DNA from: a virus
Taxonomy: Duplodnaviria; Caudoviricetes
IMG/VR virus record: IMGVR_UViG_3300012349_000007
Coordinates: 1-55,820 of that record
Length of the DNA: 55,820 nt
Strand: one strand, 5' to 3'
The position numbers and the translations under genes are program-made. Below are positions 1 through 10,500 of this stretch, piece by piece. Below the pieces are notes generated by a model. That model saw only the letters and a list, made by a program, of their open reading frames with translations, ran no database searches and was not told the origin of the DNA. Position 1 is the stretch's first letter, and each line of letters starts with the position of its first letter.

Positions 1-52
1 CGAATAGAATAGCGGCAATCTCAAGGGCGAGATTGGTGTTTTGTTGTTGCAT
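1..52 (-). CDS. 5' part of holin-like membrane protein that continues across the circular junction into 55820-55225
   Basis: GAAAGGA RBS at 67-61 and ATG at 52-50. MQQQNTNLALEIAAILF continues in frame into ACLLVIIGAALLYIGKIDFNGALAIWGI at the window end. Confidence 0.8.
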   Translation of the reverse strand, partial: MQQQNTNLALEIAAILF

Positions 53-102
53 ACGTTTGTTCCTTTCGTGTTATACTGTTGTTCAAAACGAGAGAGAAAC
101 CG

Positions 103-417
103 ATGACTACGAACGGGCGTGATACCCATTTTCAAGGTTTTGCTGACCTTCTTTTTCCAGAGATTTCTAAACTTTTCTTTACCATGTATGCCCGTATCTT
201 GGAACATAGGCAGATAGAAGAAATCGATGCAATTGAGGATGAGATTAGAACCCTCATCGCTCAGGGGGCTTATGATCTGGCTATTCATGTCTTGAGTCAT
301 GCGAATGAACGCATGAACTTGAAATTAACGAACATCAAGGCGTGGGTGGACTTAGGAATACCAGACCTCACAGAATGGCCTACTCGTGGAAGCCCAGACT
401 TACCAGAGCAGCAATAA
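103..417 (+). CDS. hypothetical protein, paralog of 54281-54601
   Basis: Shares RDxHFQxFAxLL, LIAQxAYDL and PDLTxW motifs with 54281-54601. Confidence 0.75.
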   Translation: MTTNGRDTHFQGFADLLFPEISKLFFTMYARILEHRQIEEIDAIEDEIRTLIAQGAYDLAIHVLSHANERMNLKLTNIKAWVDLGIPDLTEWPTRGSPDLPEQQ

Positions 418-571
418 TCAAGAGAAAAGCCAGGATGCCGTAAGCGATAGCCCAGCCCCAGGAGCCGCCTCTGTAATGAGCCAGGGCTAGCTCAGTAGAG
501 CGAACGACAAACCAAAGTAGGATGAGAAAGCCGACGTGCGTATCAAGTAAAATCATGGTGTATACCTCCAT
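380..571 (-). CDS. small two-helix membrane protein in the lysis region
   Basis: Two hydrophobic segments, directly after the endolysin. Confidence 0.55.
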   Translation of the reverse strand: MEVYTMILLDTHVGFLILLWFVVRSTELALAHYRGGSWGWAIAYGILAFLLIIAALVSLGFHE

Positions 572-598
572 ACATTTGTTCTAGTTTGCTACACAAGA

Positions 599-1549
599 TT
601 AGACTTTGGCCACAATCGCCTTAATGCTTGCAATGGCATCGACAAGCGCTTGCGGTGTCTGTGGCTGGTTGGCAAGCTGGCGTTTGAGTTTTGCTAACTC
701 TGGGTCTGTACCAGGGCCTCCATCGTAAAGTGCGACGGGCGAGACCTTCTGATCTTTCCACTGCCTGACACCATTCTCGAAAAATTGGATTACCCAATTT
801 TGATTGATGTAAATCTCGTTACTCATTGGCCTTCCGAGCACATCAAAACCACACAAGCCCTTGTTACCCTCGTGCTTATAATTATCCAATAAGGCATATT
901 GAATCACCTTCCCTTGCCAGGGCCCGCCAGTGTCCGTACATTCCCATTGGTGGGGATTTAGTTCCTTAAAGTGTTTCTTGATCTCAGGATTATTGATATC
1001 TATCGTAACCACTTCTTCCTCCTGTTGAATTCGTTCAGCTATCCAGATTTGTTTGAACAGCAATAAGCGTGCCCAGTCAGCATCAGACCTCAAGACAGGC
1101 TTATTAATCCACGGGTCATGTGCCGTCAGATGCCCGGGCACCTCATCAGAGTAAAACGTCAAGACGTGACTATAGCCGTAACTTGACGGCATGTAGGGAT
1201 CGGGTTCCGTACAGATTACCGGATGCTGCATCGCCAGATGAGCATGAGCCTGTTGGATGAGATACCCAGGCTCACCGTCCAATGGCCAGAGCTTTACTCC
1301 GAGAGAAGCACAATACTGGATGTACTTGACTGCTGCTGTGCCGCCCGTATATTCGCCTGGATACGCCATGTCTTTGAATTTATCAGGATTGTATTTATCG
1401 TGGTCGAGGGCTGTAACCCCGTTGAGCCACATGCACGCTCCGCATACTTCCGCGGCCACGCAATCATCTTGATAGTTCTCCGAGGGCTTGCCATCCGAGG
1501 TCACTTGTGTTTGTTGGGAGACCATAACATAATTTTGTAATATACTCAT
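599..1549 (-). CDS. endolysin, C39-like cysteine peptidase domain plus LGFP-like cell wall binding region
   Basis: DDCVAA...SHVL...HDPW Cys/His/Asp pattern, C-terminal LGRPMSNE...IQFFENG motif, AAGGAGG RBS, end of late operon. Confidence 0.7.
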   Translation of the reverse strand: MSILQNYVMVSQQTQVTSDGKPSENYQDDCVAAEVCGACMWLNGVTALDHDKYNPDKFKDMAYPGEYTGGTAAVKYIQYCASLGVKLWPLDGEPGYLIQQAHAHLAMQHPVICTEPDPYMPSSYGYSHVLTFYSDEVPGHLTAHDPWINKPVLRSDADWARLLLFKQIWIAERIQQEEEVVTIDINNPEIKKHFKELNPHQWECTDTGGPWQGKVIQYALLDNYKHEGNKGLCGFDVLGRPMSNEIYINQNWVIQFFENGVRQWKDQKVSPVALYDGGPGTDPELAKLKRQLANQPQTPQALVDAIASIKAIVAKV

Positions 1550-1680
1550 AAGCTGCCTCCTTTTATATTAAAGACTAGCTTCTGATGCGGGTTTATGGTA
1601 TACTGTGGGGGTAATAATGTGGTGTGTCCCAGAGGTGTTAGAGCACCCCTGAGACTAGATACAACGTTGGAGGTTGTACC

Positions 1681-2598
1681 ATGGATGATATTATATCCCC
1701 AAACGCGCCCCAGAAGCAATGTAAAGGCCCTTGTGGTCGCACTCTTCCCGCTACTTCTGAATACTTTCACTCTCAAAAAGCTGGTAAGTATGGTTTTCGT
1801 AGCACCTGTAAAGTTTGCCGTAAAACTGAAATGCCACTTGACGAGAAAAGAGCCTACAGTAAGCTGTACCACGAAACGCACAAGGAAAGAGAAAATCAAC
1901 GTAGCAAAGAATACGCTAGGACGCATAAAGAAGAGGCTCGCCAACGCAGTCATTTGCCTCACAATATGGAGAAACACAGGCAGGAAAGCCGAAGATATGC
2001 GAGAGAGCATAGAGAGCAACGAAAACAGTACGGCCAACGCTACTACAGAGAAAAGTTTGAGCAGATTAGCGCCCAAAAGCGAGCCTATAATATTGCCCAT
2101 GCAGATGAAGTCAAAAGGCATCATCAAGCCTACTATCAAGCAAATCGAGAAGAGATTATACGTCGCCAGCGCATTCGCGCTCAAAGTGAGGTAGCAAAGA
2201 GGCGAAGGAAGATTTATGAGGCAGAGAATGCTGAATATATCCGCTCGCATGCCTATAGCTATAGAAGAAACCATCTTGAAGAGGACAGTGCTCGTGCTCG
2301 TTTGCGTCGTGCTCGAAAGAAGTCGGTACTTGGTACCCATACGGCAGCACAAATTCAAGAGCAGTTGAAACGCCAACGTTATCGGTGCTATTATGCTGCT
2401 TGTGGTTTCTCTAAGTTTCCAAGAGTCAAAGGTAAGTATCTTTACCAAGTTGAACATACCTTTCCTCTGAGCCGTGTAGCAGGAACCGATATCCCTGCTA
2501 ATGATATCTCTTACCTCGTGTTGAGTTGTGACCATTGCAACGGAAGTAAGAGTAGCAAGTACCCCTGGGAGTGGCCCCAGGGAGGCCGATTGCTCTAA
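1681..2598 (+). CDS. HNH homing endonuclease, antisense to the late operon
   Basis: N-terminal CKGPC/CKVC Zn motifs, R/K/E-rich helical middle, C-terminal CYYAAC...VEHTFPLSR...CDHCNGSK. Confidence 0.9.
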   Translation: MDDIISPNAPQKQCKGPCGRTLPATSEYFHSQKAGKYGFRSTCKVCRKTEMPLDEKRAYSKLYHETHKERENQRSKEYARTHKEEARQRSHLPHNMEKHRQESRRYAREHREQRKQYGQRYYREKFEQISAQKRAYNIAHADEVKRHHQAYYQANREEIIRRQRIRAQSEVAKRRRKIYEAENAEYIRSHAYSYRRNHLEEDSARARLRRARKKSVLGTHTAAQIQEQLKRQRYRCYYAACGFSKFPRVKGKYLYQVEHTFPLSRVAGTDIPANDISYLVLSCDHCNGSKSSKYPWEWPQGGRLL

Positions 2599-2620
2599 AA
2601 CAGCCATAAAGCCCTCCTTT

Positions 2621-2959
2621 CTAGTGAATGGGATTGACGGTAATCGTATCAATATTCATCGTCTTTGGGCCATTGGAAAAGATGATCGACAAATACACCG
2701 TCCATTGCCCAACGGTATCGATATCCGCTGCCACCGGCTGGTACACCACAATGCTATTCGTCCCGTCAGTATCAGTCTGCACGCTAAACACGCCACCACT
2801 GCACACCTTCAGTACTGGCGGACTGGCCTGAGCATTGTACAGGTGCAAGGTGAAATTTGCATTCGTGTACCCGCTCAAGTTGGGTCTCACCCCATTAATC
2901 AGGGATATTGGGAAGCGGAAGGGCGTCCCAGTGTCGCCCTGGAATGTCGTCATGCTCAT
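2621..2959 (-). CDS. BppU-like baseplate upper or adaptor protein
   Basis: QGDTG...NLSG...VYQP...DIDTVGQW pattern typical of BppU N-terminal domains; position in tail tip cluster. Confidence 0.55.
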   Translation of the reverse strand: MSMTTFQGDTGTPFRFPISLINGVRPNLSGYTNANFTLHLYNAQASPPVLKVCSGGVFSVQTDTDGTNSIVVYQPVAADIDTVGQWTVYLSIIFSNGPKTMNIDTITVNPIH

Positions 2960-4581
2960 GGGTTGGCCTCCTTCATGGGTAGATTGCCGTCTGAAGCCGT
3001 CATGGGTAGATTGCCGTCGCTGGCGGAAAGTGGCATCGTTTTGTAGTACAGGTTCGCATTCACATTTGACGGCGTAATGAAAAAGGTAGATCGTGTATTG
3101 GTGCGCGCCTGCGCTCGTATATTAAAGATGCTCCGGGCATTGGTCTGAAGCGTATTAAGCGTGGCGCTTGTCCATGATGGATGCGCCGTCATGTAATCGG
3201 TAATGGCTTTCCACGAACTCCCCGTTCCCGTTCCCAGGCTGGGACTGACGGATGCTGCCTGTAACGGCTTTTGATAATCAATCGTCCATATCCCCAGTTT
3301 CCCGACGGGGTTCGGATTTTGTGTGCGCAGCGCATCAAACATATCGGTGAGATATGGAGCTCGTGATTGGTGCTTCGCGTCGGTTGTGCCATCCGTAATC
3401 ATCACGGCCCATTGCACCGTCTCGCCGTTCGCATGCGTGAGGTTGGCAGAGGTGGACACATCTTTTTCGATGTTCCGCTGATCGATGGTAAATGCGGTTC
3501 CGCTTCTTGTGCTACAGTGCATCCATTCGTTTTTGACGATCAGATAAAAGTCGTTGCCCGAAGTTGGGAAACCCACGCCAGAAGCCACATTGAGGGTAAA
3601 CGGTGTGGCCTGCGTAGCGCTAATCGTACCGGAAAGCGTCGTTTGGACAAGCGACGTCGGATTACATACAACATCCCCCACATTCCAGCCGGTTTCCAAG
3701 ACGTAGATCGGGGTATTTTTCTGCCCCGTTGGCGCGTAGGATTGCAGGGCATTGCCGATCAACGTCAATTCTGGCGCAATGGCAACGCCTGTCGTGTCCA
3801 CCGTCGAGGTTGGATCAGGCGAAAGACGACCATCATAATAGCAGTGCGCGTCCACAAAGTCCGGGAAGTTGGCCGCCGTGATGACGCTAAAAACGTTCTG
3901 GCACCAATTTGAAATATGCGTACTTGAATTGGTTGGTGTCTTGCGCACCGAGCAAATGCCCATGAGTAGTGCCGGATTAATCGCCCTGACCGCGGGAATA
4001 GCCGCATTGGCGGTCGGCCCCAGCGCTCGTCCTGTGCGACCCGACACCGTGTCAAATTCCTCATTGCCTATCTGGATGCTTTCCACATGACCATGCCCAT
4101 GATTGCCGTCGTAGCGCGTAGCCAGGTGCTGGGCGAAACGTGAGTAGGCCTGTGGTCCTCCCAGTGTACCGCTTCCCAGCCCGACATTGGTTCCTGAGTC
4201 GTCAAAGATCAGGTAATTATCCGGTGCGTCCTGGATCGTCAACATGACGTTGATATTCGCAGCATTGAAAGCGGCTACCGCATTGTCCATCGTCTGAACA
4301 GCCGATTTGGTCGGATCGGTGTTTCCTGACGGCCCATCCCAGTAGATCGGCGTATTGGTCGGCGGCTCGCTCACCGCGCCGCCAGTAGGATTGGTTTCGT
4401 AGTTGCGCCAGCGGAATTGATAGCGCACCCACAGCCCGCCTCCAATGATATTGGAGAGCGTCGTGAGGTCGGTAATCAGGTTGGTGTCCAGCGCCCGATA
4501 CGTGGGATTGCTCACGGGCTTGCCGCCATCCTGATAATACGTGAATGCGTACGGACTGTCTTTTGTTGGGATATATGGCAT
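2956..4581 (-). CDS. virion-associated glycoside hydrolase (clan GH-A like), putative depolymerase
   Basis: IQIGNEE acid/base, FVDAHCY and IYVLETGW nucleophile motifs; tail tip location. Confidence 0.7.
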   Translation of the reverse strand: MPYIPTKDSPYAFTYYQDGGKPVSNPTYRALDTNLITDLTTLSNIIGGGLWVRYQFRWRNYETNPTGGAVSEPPTNTPIYWDGPSGNTDPTKSAVQTMDNAVAAFNAANINVMLTIQDAPDNYLIFDDSGTNVGLGSGTLGGPQAYSRFAQHLATRYDGNHGHGHVESIQIGNEEFDTVSGRTGRALGPTANAAIPAVRAINPALLMGICSVRKTPTNSSTHISNWCQNVFSVITAANFPDFVDAHCYYDGRLSPDPTSTVDTTGVAIAPELTLIGNALQSYAPTGQKNTPIYVLETGWNVGDVVCNPTSLVQTTLSGTISATQATPFTLNVASGVGFPTSGNDFYLIVKNEWMHCSTRSGTAFTIDQRNIEKDVSTSANLTHANGETVQWAVMITDGTTDAKHQSRAPYLTDMFDALRTQNPNPVGKLGIWTIDYQKPLQAASVSPSLGTGTGSSWKAITDYMTAHPSWTSATLNTLQTNARSIFNIRAQARTNTRSTFFITPSNVNANLYYKTMPLSASDGNLPMTASDGNLPMKEANP

Positions 4582-4596
4582 GGCTCCTTTTCCTCC

Positions 4597-5247
4597 CTAC
4601 ACCGATTGATAGGCGAGATTGACCACGCACAACTGAGGATTCCCCACAATCGTCTGCCCCAGTGTCACCTCGGCCACCGCCCAAAACTGGACTTGCGCCC
4701 CGGATGCAATGTTACCCATGTTGAGCGAGGCGAAAAAGCTGGCTGTTGCTGATGTTTGGGAGAGCAGGCTATCTGTGTAGCCACTCGACGTGCTAGGATT
4801 GGCATTGGATGTGGCAATGTTGGTATTTTGCGCCTTCTGATCGCCCGCGTTGTAGATGTAGAAATTCTGAACATTCACGCCGATGCCGTTGGGCGTGGCA
4901 TTGGTGCCATCGTTCAAAATGCCGTTCGTCTGGTCGCCGACTGGCAGGCTGTAATACCATTCATTGACGACGGTGTTGTTGGGATGAAGATGCGCCAAAG
5001 GTGTCAACAAATTGAGCGTGGTACTGGCAACGCCGGGCGTAGGCGTAGCATAGGCTATGGTCTCATTGCCATTGGTTGCATCGATAATATCGATGGTGCC
5101 ATAGCCAGGAAGCGCATTTGCCACCACAATCGAGGTCGCCCCAGCAGCATACCCGCCCGTGTGGTTGATCGTGGTGGCTATGTCGGTATTGTGCGCAAGC
5201 TCCACGGTATGGAGGTTGTCTGAATAGATTTTCAGAAAAGCGCTCAT
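4597..5247 (-). CDS. minor tail or virion protein
   Basis: T/N/G-rich beta composition, co-oriented in tail tip cluster. Confidence 0.6.
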   Translation of the reverse strand: MSAFLKIYSDNLHTVELAHNTDIATTINHTGGYAAGATSIVVANALPGYGTIDIIDATNGNETIAYATPTPGVASTTLNLLTPLAHLHPNNTVVNEWYYSLPVGDQTNGILNDGTNATPNGIGVNVQNFYIYNAGDQKAQNTNIATSNANPSTSSGYTDSLLSQTSATASFFASLNMGNIASGAQVQFWAVAEVTLGQTIVGNPQLCVVNLAYQSV

Positions 5248-5802
5248 CTACAGCCCTCCCTGGATAATCGCGGAGAGCGACGGCATCAGGTTGGAAGCGG
5301 CTGTTCCGCCCGTTGTCCCTGGCAATACAGGCGTGGTCGTGCCTGTACTGTTGTTTGTGGCCGTCATGGCGCGGGTAATGGTGATTGTCCCAGCAACCAG
5401 CCCGCCGGCGCGTCCGTAGGTGTCTGTTGAGTTCCCAGGCGTTAAGGCCATGTAGTATTTGCCAGGTGATAGGTTGAGAGCCGTAGCAAAGTTGACGCTT
5501 TGGTCAAGGTTGGCCGTATTGACCGTTGCGCCGATATTGGCCAGCAAGTTGCCGGAGCTATCATAAATCCCAGCATCCGTTTTCCCTGTAGCAGTGGCGG
5601 CCATGCGCCAGCGCATCCCCAGGATCGTCGTGGGGCTGTTTAACTCGAAGGCCCACAAGTAGACTGTGTTAGCCACGAGCACCGCATTGCCGTTCCCGGC
5701 GATTGCTGATATACCTTCAACAATCCAGGGTGTGACCTGGCCAGTGTCAACGGTGCTTGGATATCCCATCAGTGCGCCTCCTGTCGTGCTTGGTTGTGGC
5801 AT
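5248..5802 (-). CDS. minor tail or virion beta-sandwich protein
   Basis: AGIYDSSGNLL...LSPGKYYMAL jelly-roll-like pattern; synteny. Confidence 0.6.
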   Translation of the reverse strand: MPQPSTTGGALMGYPSTVDTGQVTPWIVEGISAIAGNGNAVLVANTVYLWAFELNSPTTILGMRWRMAATATGKTDAGIYDSSGNLLANIGATVNTANLDQSVNFATALNLSPGKYYMALTPGNSTDTYGRAGGLVAGTITITRAMTATNNSTGTTTPVLPGTTGGTAASNLMPSLSAIIQGGL

Positions 5803-5811
5803 ATTTCACCT

Positions 5812-6501
5812 CTATTTGCCATAAATGTTCAATGAATGAGTAAATGTTGGTGTTGCTGACCCTCCAACGACCCACCGCAATCGGCCTGTTAGCCCCAGGC
5901 TTTGGTTATAGGCCATGCCCGCGCCAATGCTCGTACTCAAAGTATTCGCAGCGACTGTAAGCACTGCACTTTGCCAAAGCACATAATAGATACTGTCCGC
6001 TCCCTTACGCTCATAGAAGTACTGGATAGTCGGATTAGTCCCTGCCTGAGCGGTGGTATTGATATCTATGCTAATTTCCGTATAAGGCCCAACGGTGATA
6101 TCTCCACTGTTTTGCGTGCTGCCTGATGTAGTAACCGATGTCTGGGTATACGCTGCCACGCTGCTACGCTTAGTCGGCACAATCTGATCAGAGGCGATAT
6201 TCACAGCCAAACTATTGGCTGTCGTTTGCGCTCCAACCAATAGCTTTCCGAGCAAGCGCTTCACAAAAGCCATGAAAGAGAAGGTGCCAGCGTCAGTCGT
6301 AGCCGATGCATCAGCTTTCGCGCCAAAAGTGACGTTATCTCCGTCATACTGATACAAGGCAACGGACGTATTGCTATTGCCGCCTGTTGAGACCGCAGGT
6401 CCTCCCCGAATGGCAAGAGGGGTATTTGTCCCGTCAGGAACGGCGCTACTCATCGGGAGAGGCGTTCCTGAGCCATCAACGGGCGTTGGGGTATAGGTCA
6501 T
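5812..6501 (-). CDS. minor virion or fibre protein
   Basis: S/T/G-rich with C-terminal RLRWVVGGSATPTFT beta domain; synteny. Confidence 0.6.
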   Translation of the reverse strand: MTYTPTPVDGSGTPLPMSSAVPDGTNTPLAIRGGPAVSTGGNSNTSVALYQYDGDNVTFGAKADASATTDAGTFSFMAFVKRLLGKLLVGAQTTANSLAVNIASDQIVPTKRSSVAAYTQTSVTTSGSTQNSGDITVGPYTEISIDINTTAQAGTNPTIQYFYERKGADSIYYVLWQSAVLTVAANTLSTSIGAGMAYNQSLGLTGRLRWVVGGSATPTFTHSLNIYGK

Positions 6502-6518
6502 GTTCTACGTTCCTCTCT

Positions 6519-6986
6519 CTACAGGTATTCAATGTCAATGCTCAGGTCAGAAGCCGCAGTGCTTGTATTGTCCGTGTCGCTAATGCCAGTCACCGCAGCC
6601 AACCCTATCCCCGCGCTAAAGGCCAGCCCGTTGGGCATCGTGGCATTGACGCGCCCACCCGCAGGGATGCCAATGACGCGGCGCAGCAGCGCATTATCTG
6701 TTGCCGGCGCAGGTGCGGTCGCTTTGTTGTACAGCTTCACGTAGCGTATGGCTGCTGACGCATTAAAGATTTCGTAGCCATAGACCGTGCCCGCTGTAGC
6801 TTTGATGCTGGTCGCATTGTTGGTGGCCGCCGCTATCACGTGGAAACTGCTGCTGCCCCCTGTACTTATCGCGGGCTCGATGATTTTGCCCGTTGATGGG
6901 CTCAGTAGATAGACCGTGCGCATATCATTGCGTCCCTGTCCATTAAAGTGGCTGTCCGCGTCTGGCCAAATTTTTGAGTTTGCCAT
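6519..6986 (-). CDS. minor virion protein
   Basis: IKATAGTVYG...YVKLYNKATAP...GLAFSAGI, a pattern common in phage structural proteins. Confidence 0.6.
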   Translation of the reverse strand: MANSKIWPDADSHFNGQGRNDMRTVYLLSPSTGKIIEPAISTGGSSSFHVIAAATNNATSIKATAGTVYGYEIFNASAAIRYVKLYNKATAPAPATDNALLRRVIGIPAGGRVNATMPNGLAFSAGIGLAAVTGISDTDNTSTAASDLSIDIEYL

Positions 6987-6989
6987 GAG

Positions 6990-7364
6990 TTATTTCCCTT
7001 CCTCTTGTTGAGCAATTTTCTCAAGTTGTCCTGTTGTATGTATCTGCACGACATGCTCTACGCCCGTACGCTGGTCGATGAGCGTAATCACATCATCGTT
7101 GACTTCGATCAAGAGTCCACGTCGCTTCTTCAAGGTCACCTGCAGGGTGAAAAACACGCCTTCGAGTCGCGTAATCTTCTTCTCAAGCACCTGTATTTGC
7201 TTCTCTTGTGCGGTATTCTGCGCTTGTAATGCGGTAATCGTATTTGTTTGCACTTCCGACATTCCCCTGTTTTTATTGCCGACGAAGGCAATCACTACGC
7301 CAATGGCCGCCGAGAGCGCGATAGCGATACTCAAGAGTGGCAGGAATGCCCCAAAATCAGGCAT
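6990..7364 (-). CDS. membrane-anchored coiled-coil protein (holin or lysis accessory)
   Basis: AAGGAG RBS, N-terminal TM helix then Q/E/K heptads. Confidence 0.55.
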   Translation of the reverse strand: MPDFGAFLPLLSIAIALSAAIGVVIAFVGNKNRGMSEVQTNTITALQAQNTAQEKQIQVLEKKITRLEGVFFTLQVTLKKRRGLLIEVNDDVITLIDQRTGVEHVVQIHTTGQLEKIAQQEEGK

Positions 7365-7569
7365 GGTACTCCTTTTCGAGCATTTCTGCCAGTTTTGCTG
7401 CTGCATCTGCCGATTTGAGTGCCGCCTCTGCTGAAATGGCGCGACTCACAAGCATCGTCTGTTCCATACGGTGGATGTAGCGCGTCGTGCTCCACCAGAT
7501 GAGCCACAGAAACACAAGCACGGTACACAGCCAGACAAGATAAAAAATGGTTAAGATCGTTTGCCACAT
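7357..7569 (-). CDS. small membrane protein
   Basis: GAGGG RBS, N-terminal TM helix, Ala-rich helix. Confidence 0.55.
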   Translation of the reverse strand: MWQTILTIFYLVWLCTVLVFLWLIWWSTTRYIHRMEQTMLVSRAISAEAALKSADAAAKLAEMLEKEYHA

Positions 7570-7579
7570 AATCCCTCCT

Positions 7580-10500
7580 CTACGCTGCTTTCTTCTGTAT
7601 CATCGTTGCGAGTGACTTCCACGCGGAGCCCAAATTCGGCCCCTCGGTCGCGGTCACGTTGTACCAGTACAAGAGTGCCCCACCGGCCACAATCGACGCC
7701 GTGGTATCAATGCCGGTAATCAGGAATTGCCCGGCGGTCACATTCTGCTCAGGCACGAATACTTCAAGCAGTTGCCCCGGCGCTAAGCCCTGACGCACCG
7801 TCTTGAAGGTGAGTGTTCGCCCGATTTTCCCGTACCGCACGAGAAGCTGATTGGCCAGCGTGGTAGCCGCTGCCTTACTCATGCCCTGCCCGCTCACATC
7901 CTCCACCGCTTCATAAATGCCACTCGAATTATCAATGGCAGCCATTTGCGCGATAGACGTGGTGCCTGGAAATTGGCCGGTGTTGCTGATCGTGACATTC
8001 ACCTCAAAATCGCCCGTATAGGTGACAGTGAGCGTATCCGTCTTGACAAGAAGAGTGCCACCGCTATCTTGCGTGATAGCGGTACTTCCCGCCTGATAGT
8101 AGAAGTCTTTCCCAGTATCGACACCCTGCACACCCACGGTCTTGAGTTGCCCATTGAGGCGAATAGTTGGCGCCTTCGTGAGTGGATTAGCGACATTCCA
8201 GGTCGTGGCCTGCTCGTCTCCGATGAATTTCTGTGTGAAGGTTGCAGTGTCAATGGCTCCCTTGACTGTTTGCCGGTTGCGATAGAGGTCAGCACTATTC
8301 TCCAGCGTGAGATTCTCCACAAACACATCACCGATAGATTGCCCTGCTACGACGGTACCCGCGTTGGAGCTATCCAGTATCCATGGCGCATTGGTTGCGG
8401 CATTGGCCTGAAACCACACTTTCAGATTTTGGTCAATCGTCCACCAGTAGTTTGATTGGCGCGCAAGGTCGCTCAGGTTGGCATCGACAAAGGTCAGCAA
8501 ATAGCTGGGATTTGGCATAAGCACACCAGGCCCGATGGAGGGACCGTATACGGCCATGGTGACATCTTGCACTTGGGGCGTGGCCGTTGGGTCAGTGCTC
8601 GTGAGCGTGAGCCGATTGTAGACATTTGCCCCTGTGGCATCGTTACCCAGCGGCTGCACATTGAATTGATAGAACTGTGACGTATTCCCAACGTTGCGCA
8701 ACCCGACGCTGCCCGCTCCAAATGGGCTTGTAGAGTCGGTATAGGTAATGATCGAAACCCCATCCATGTAGACCGTGATGACGGGATTAGTGGTTCCACC
8801 AAGCATCGTCACGCGGAAGCGATGATACGTGTTGCGGGGGAAGCTGATATTCGCTGTGCCGATTTGCGTAGGGGTGCCTGCCACAACTTTGTTGATTTTC
8901 ACCGTGTTGGGGACGGACGAAGCGCTAGCATCACTGACCACAATCGTGTAATAATTGCTCGTGCCCTGCCAGCGCCACGTGGCCCCGCCTTGATCGGAAT
9001 AGTTCATATCAAAGAAGAAATCGACATCCAAAGCCGTAAAGCCATTGTACAGCAGCACAGCTTTGTTGCCCCCTACCGCAATCAACCGTTTATTGGCGGT
9101 ATCCCACGTCCAGGTAGCAGCGGATCCGCTACTTCCAAAGGTGCTGGTATATTGTGATGCTGATGTACTGGGGATCGTGAGCGTGCCGCCGAAGACGCGG
9201 GGCACGTACGTTGTACCCACGAGGCCAAAGGTATCAATCCACGGTGCCACCTGCGAGGGATACCCTGGAATAGCGCCGCCGTTGCTGCTTGTCACATCTG
9301 TCCAGGTGCTGCTATCCGGCGAGGTTTCCACCTTGAGCGTCGTGTTTGTGGCTAAAATGGCATTCCAGTTGATGAGACTTGAGCCAATCCTCCCGACAGG
9401 TGTGAGCGAGAGGACAGGAGTTACCCGCGTGCCTGTCGAGGTATAGGCAGAGGATACCCAGGCCGTGAGCCCATGAAGGTTGATCTGCTGCGAGGCTACA
9501 GGGGATTGCATCTGCACCTTGAGTTGCAGCGTCCCGCTCGTGAGCACCGTACCGGCTGTGAGCCCTGGTATCACGCCTCCATTGGTGCAAGCCGTGTACG
9601 CTCCACCATTGACGCTTGCCAGCACATTGAGAATGCCCCCGCTGGGTACATCAGCATCCCAAAAGACGACGCTATTCCCAACGGTGATAGAGCCAAGAGA
9701 AACCGATTGTGATACCCAGTTGGGAAGCGTATAACTTGTGGGTGGGATAGGAATGACGCCCTGGTAGGGCATGACGCCGAAATTATCGAAGTACCCGGAG
9801 TAGGTTGCGCCCGAGTCGTTGTACATCACCGGCGCAAAGTAGCCCGCCGCCGTCCAGGTGTTGTCCACGACCGAGATATATTGCACTCCATCCAGGAAAA
9901 TGGTATGCGTCGTATTGCCGCCAGAGGTTGAGACCAGCACGGTCAGCGTGTGCCAGTCGCCTGAGGTGAGTGTGAGCGTTATTGGGGAGCCACCAAGCGG
10001 GGTACGCGAACCGGTGCCGGTGCTGCTGTTGGTGCCTCGCGAGAGGGAAATCTGATATGGGCGTACATCCACCTTATAGGCGTAGGTATCGTTATTGTCC
10101 TGCCAGCCGGTAGTCAGGTAGGATAGCCCGATAGCATCACTTGTGGTCACTTGAAAGTCGATACTGGCGATGAAGTTTGGCCCCCAGGTACCCACATCAT
10201 CCAACCTCGCACGGACGTCGGCAATATTACTCACGGTAAGTTGCAACTGGCCCTTGTAGATCGCCATGGCCTTGCCTGTGCCGCCGTAGAGCGTCTGGTT
10301 AGCCAGACTCGCATCGTTCCAATTGCGCAAGTTGGCCGTGATCTGCAGGTCTCCGCCCGATGTCGCCGTAATGTTCGTCTTTGTGCCTGCGTTCCAGTCA
10401 GATTGGCTATTCCAGGTCTGTTTCGTATCGCTCTTGGTCGCGACGTACGAGGGATACACTGCCCAGGTGTAGTTTGTTATCACCGGTGTCACCGTGGGGT

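Noticed and set aside
2968-3025. 27 bp tandem repeat
   Set aside because: Explained by the coding repeat ASDGNLPM
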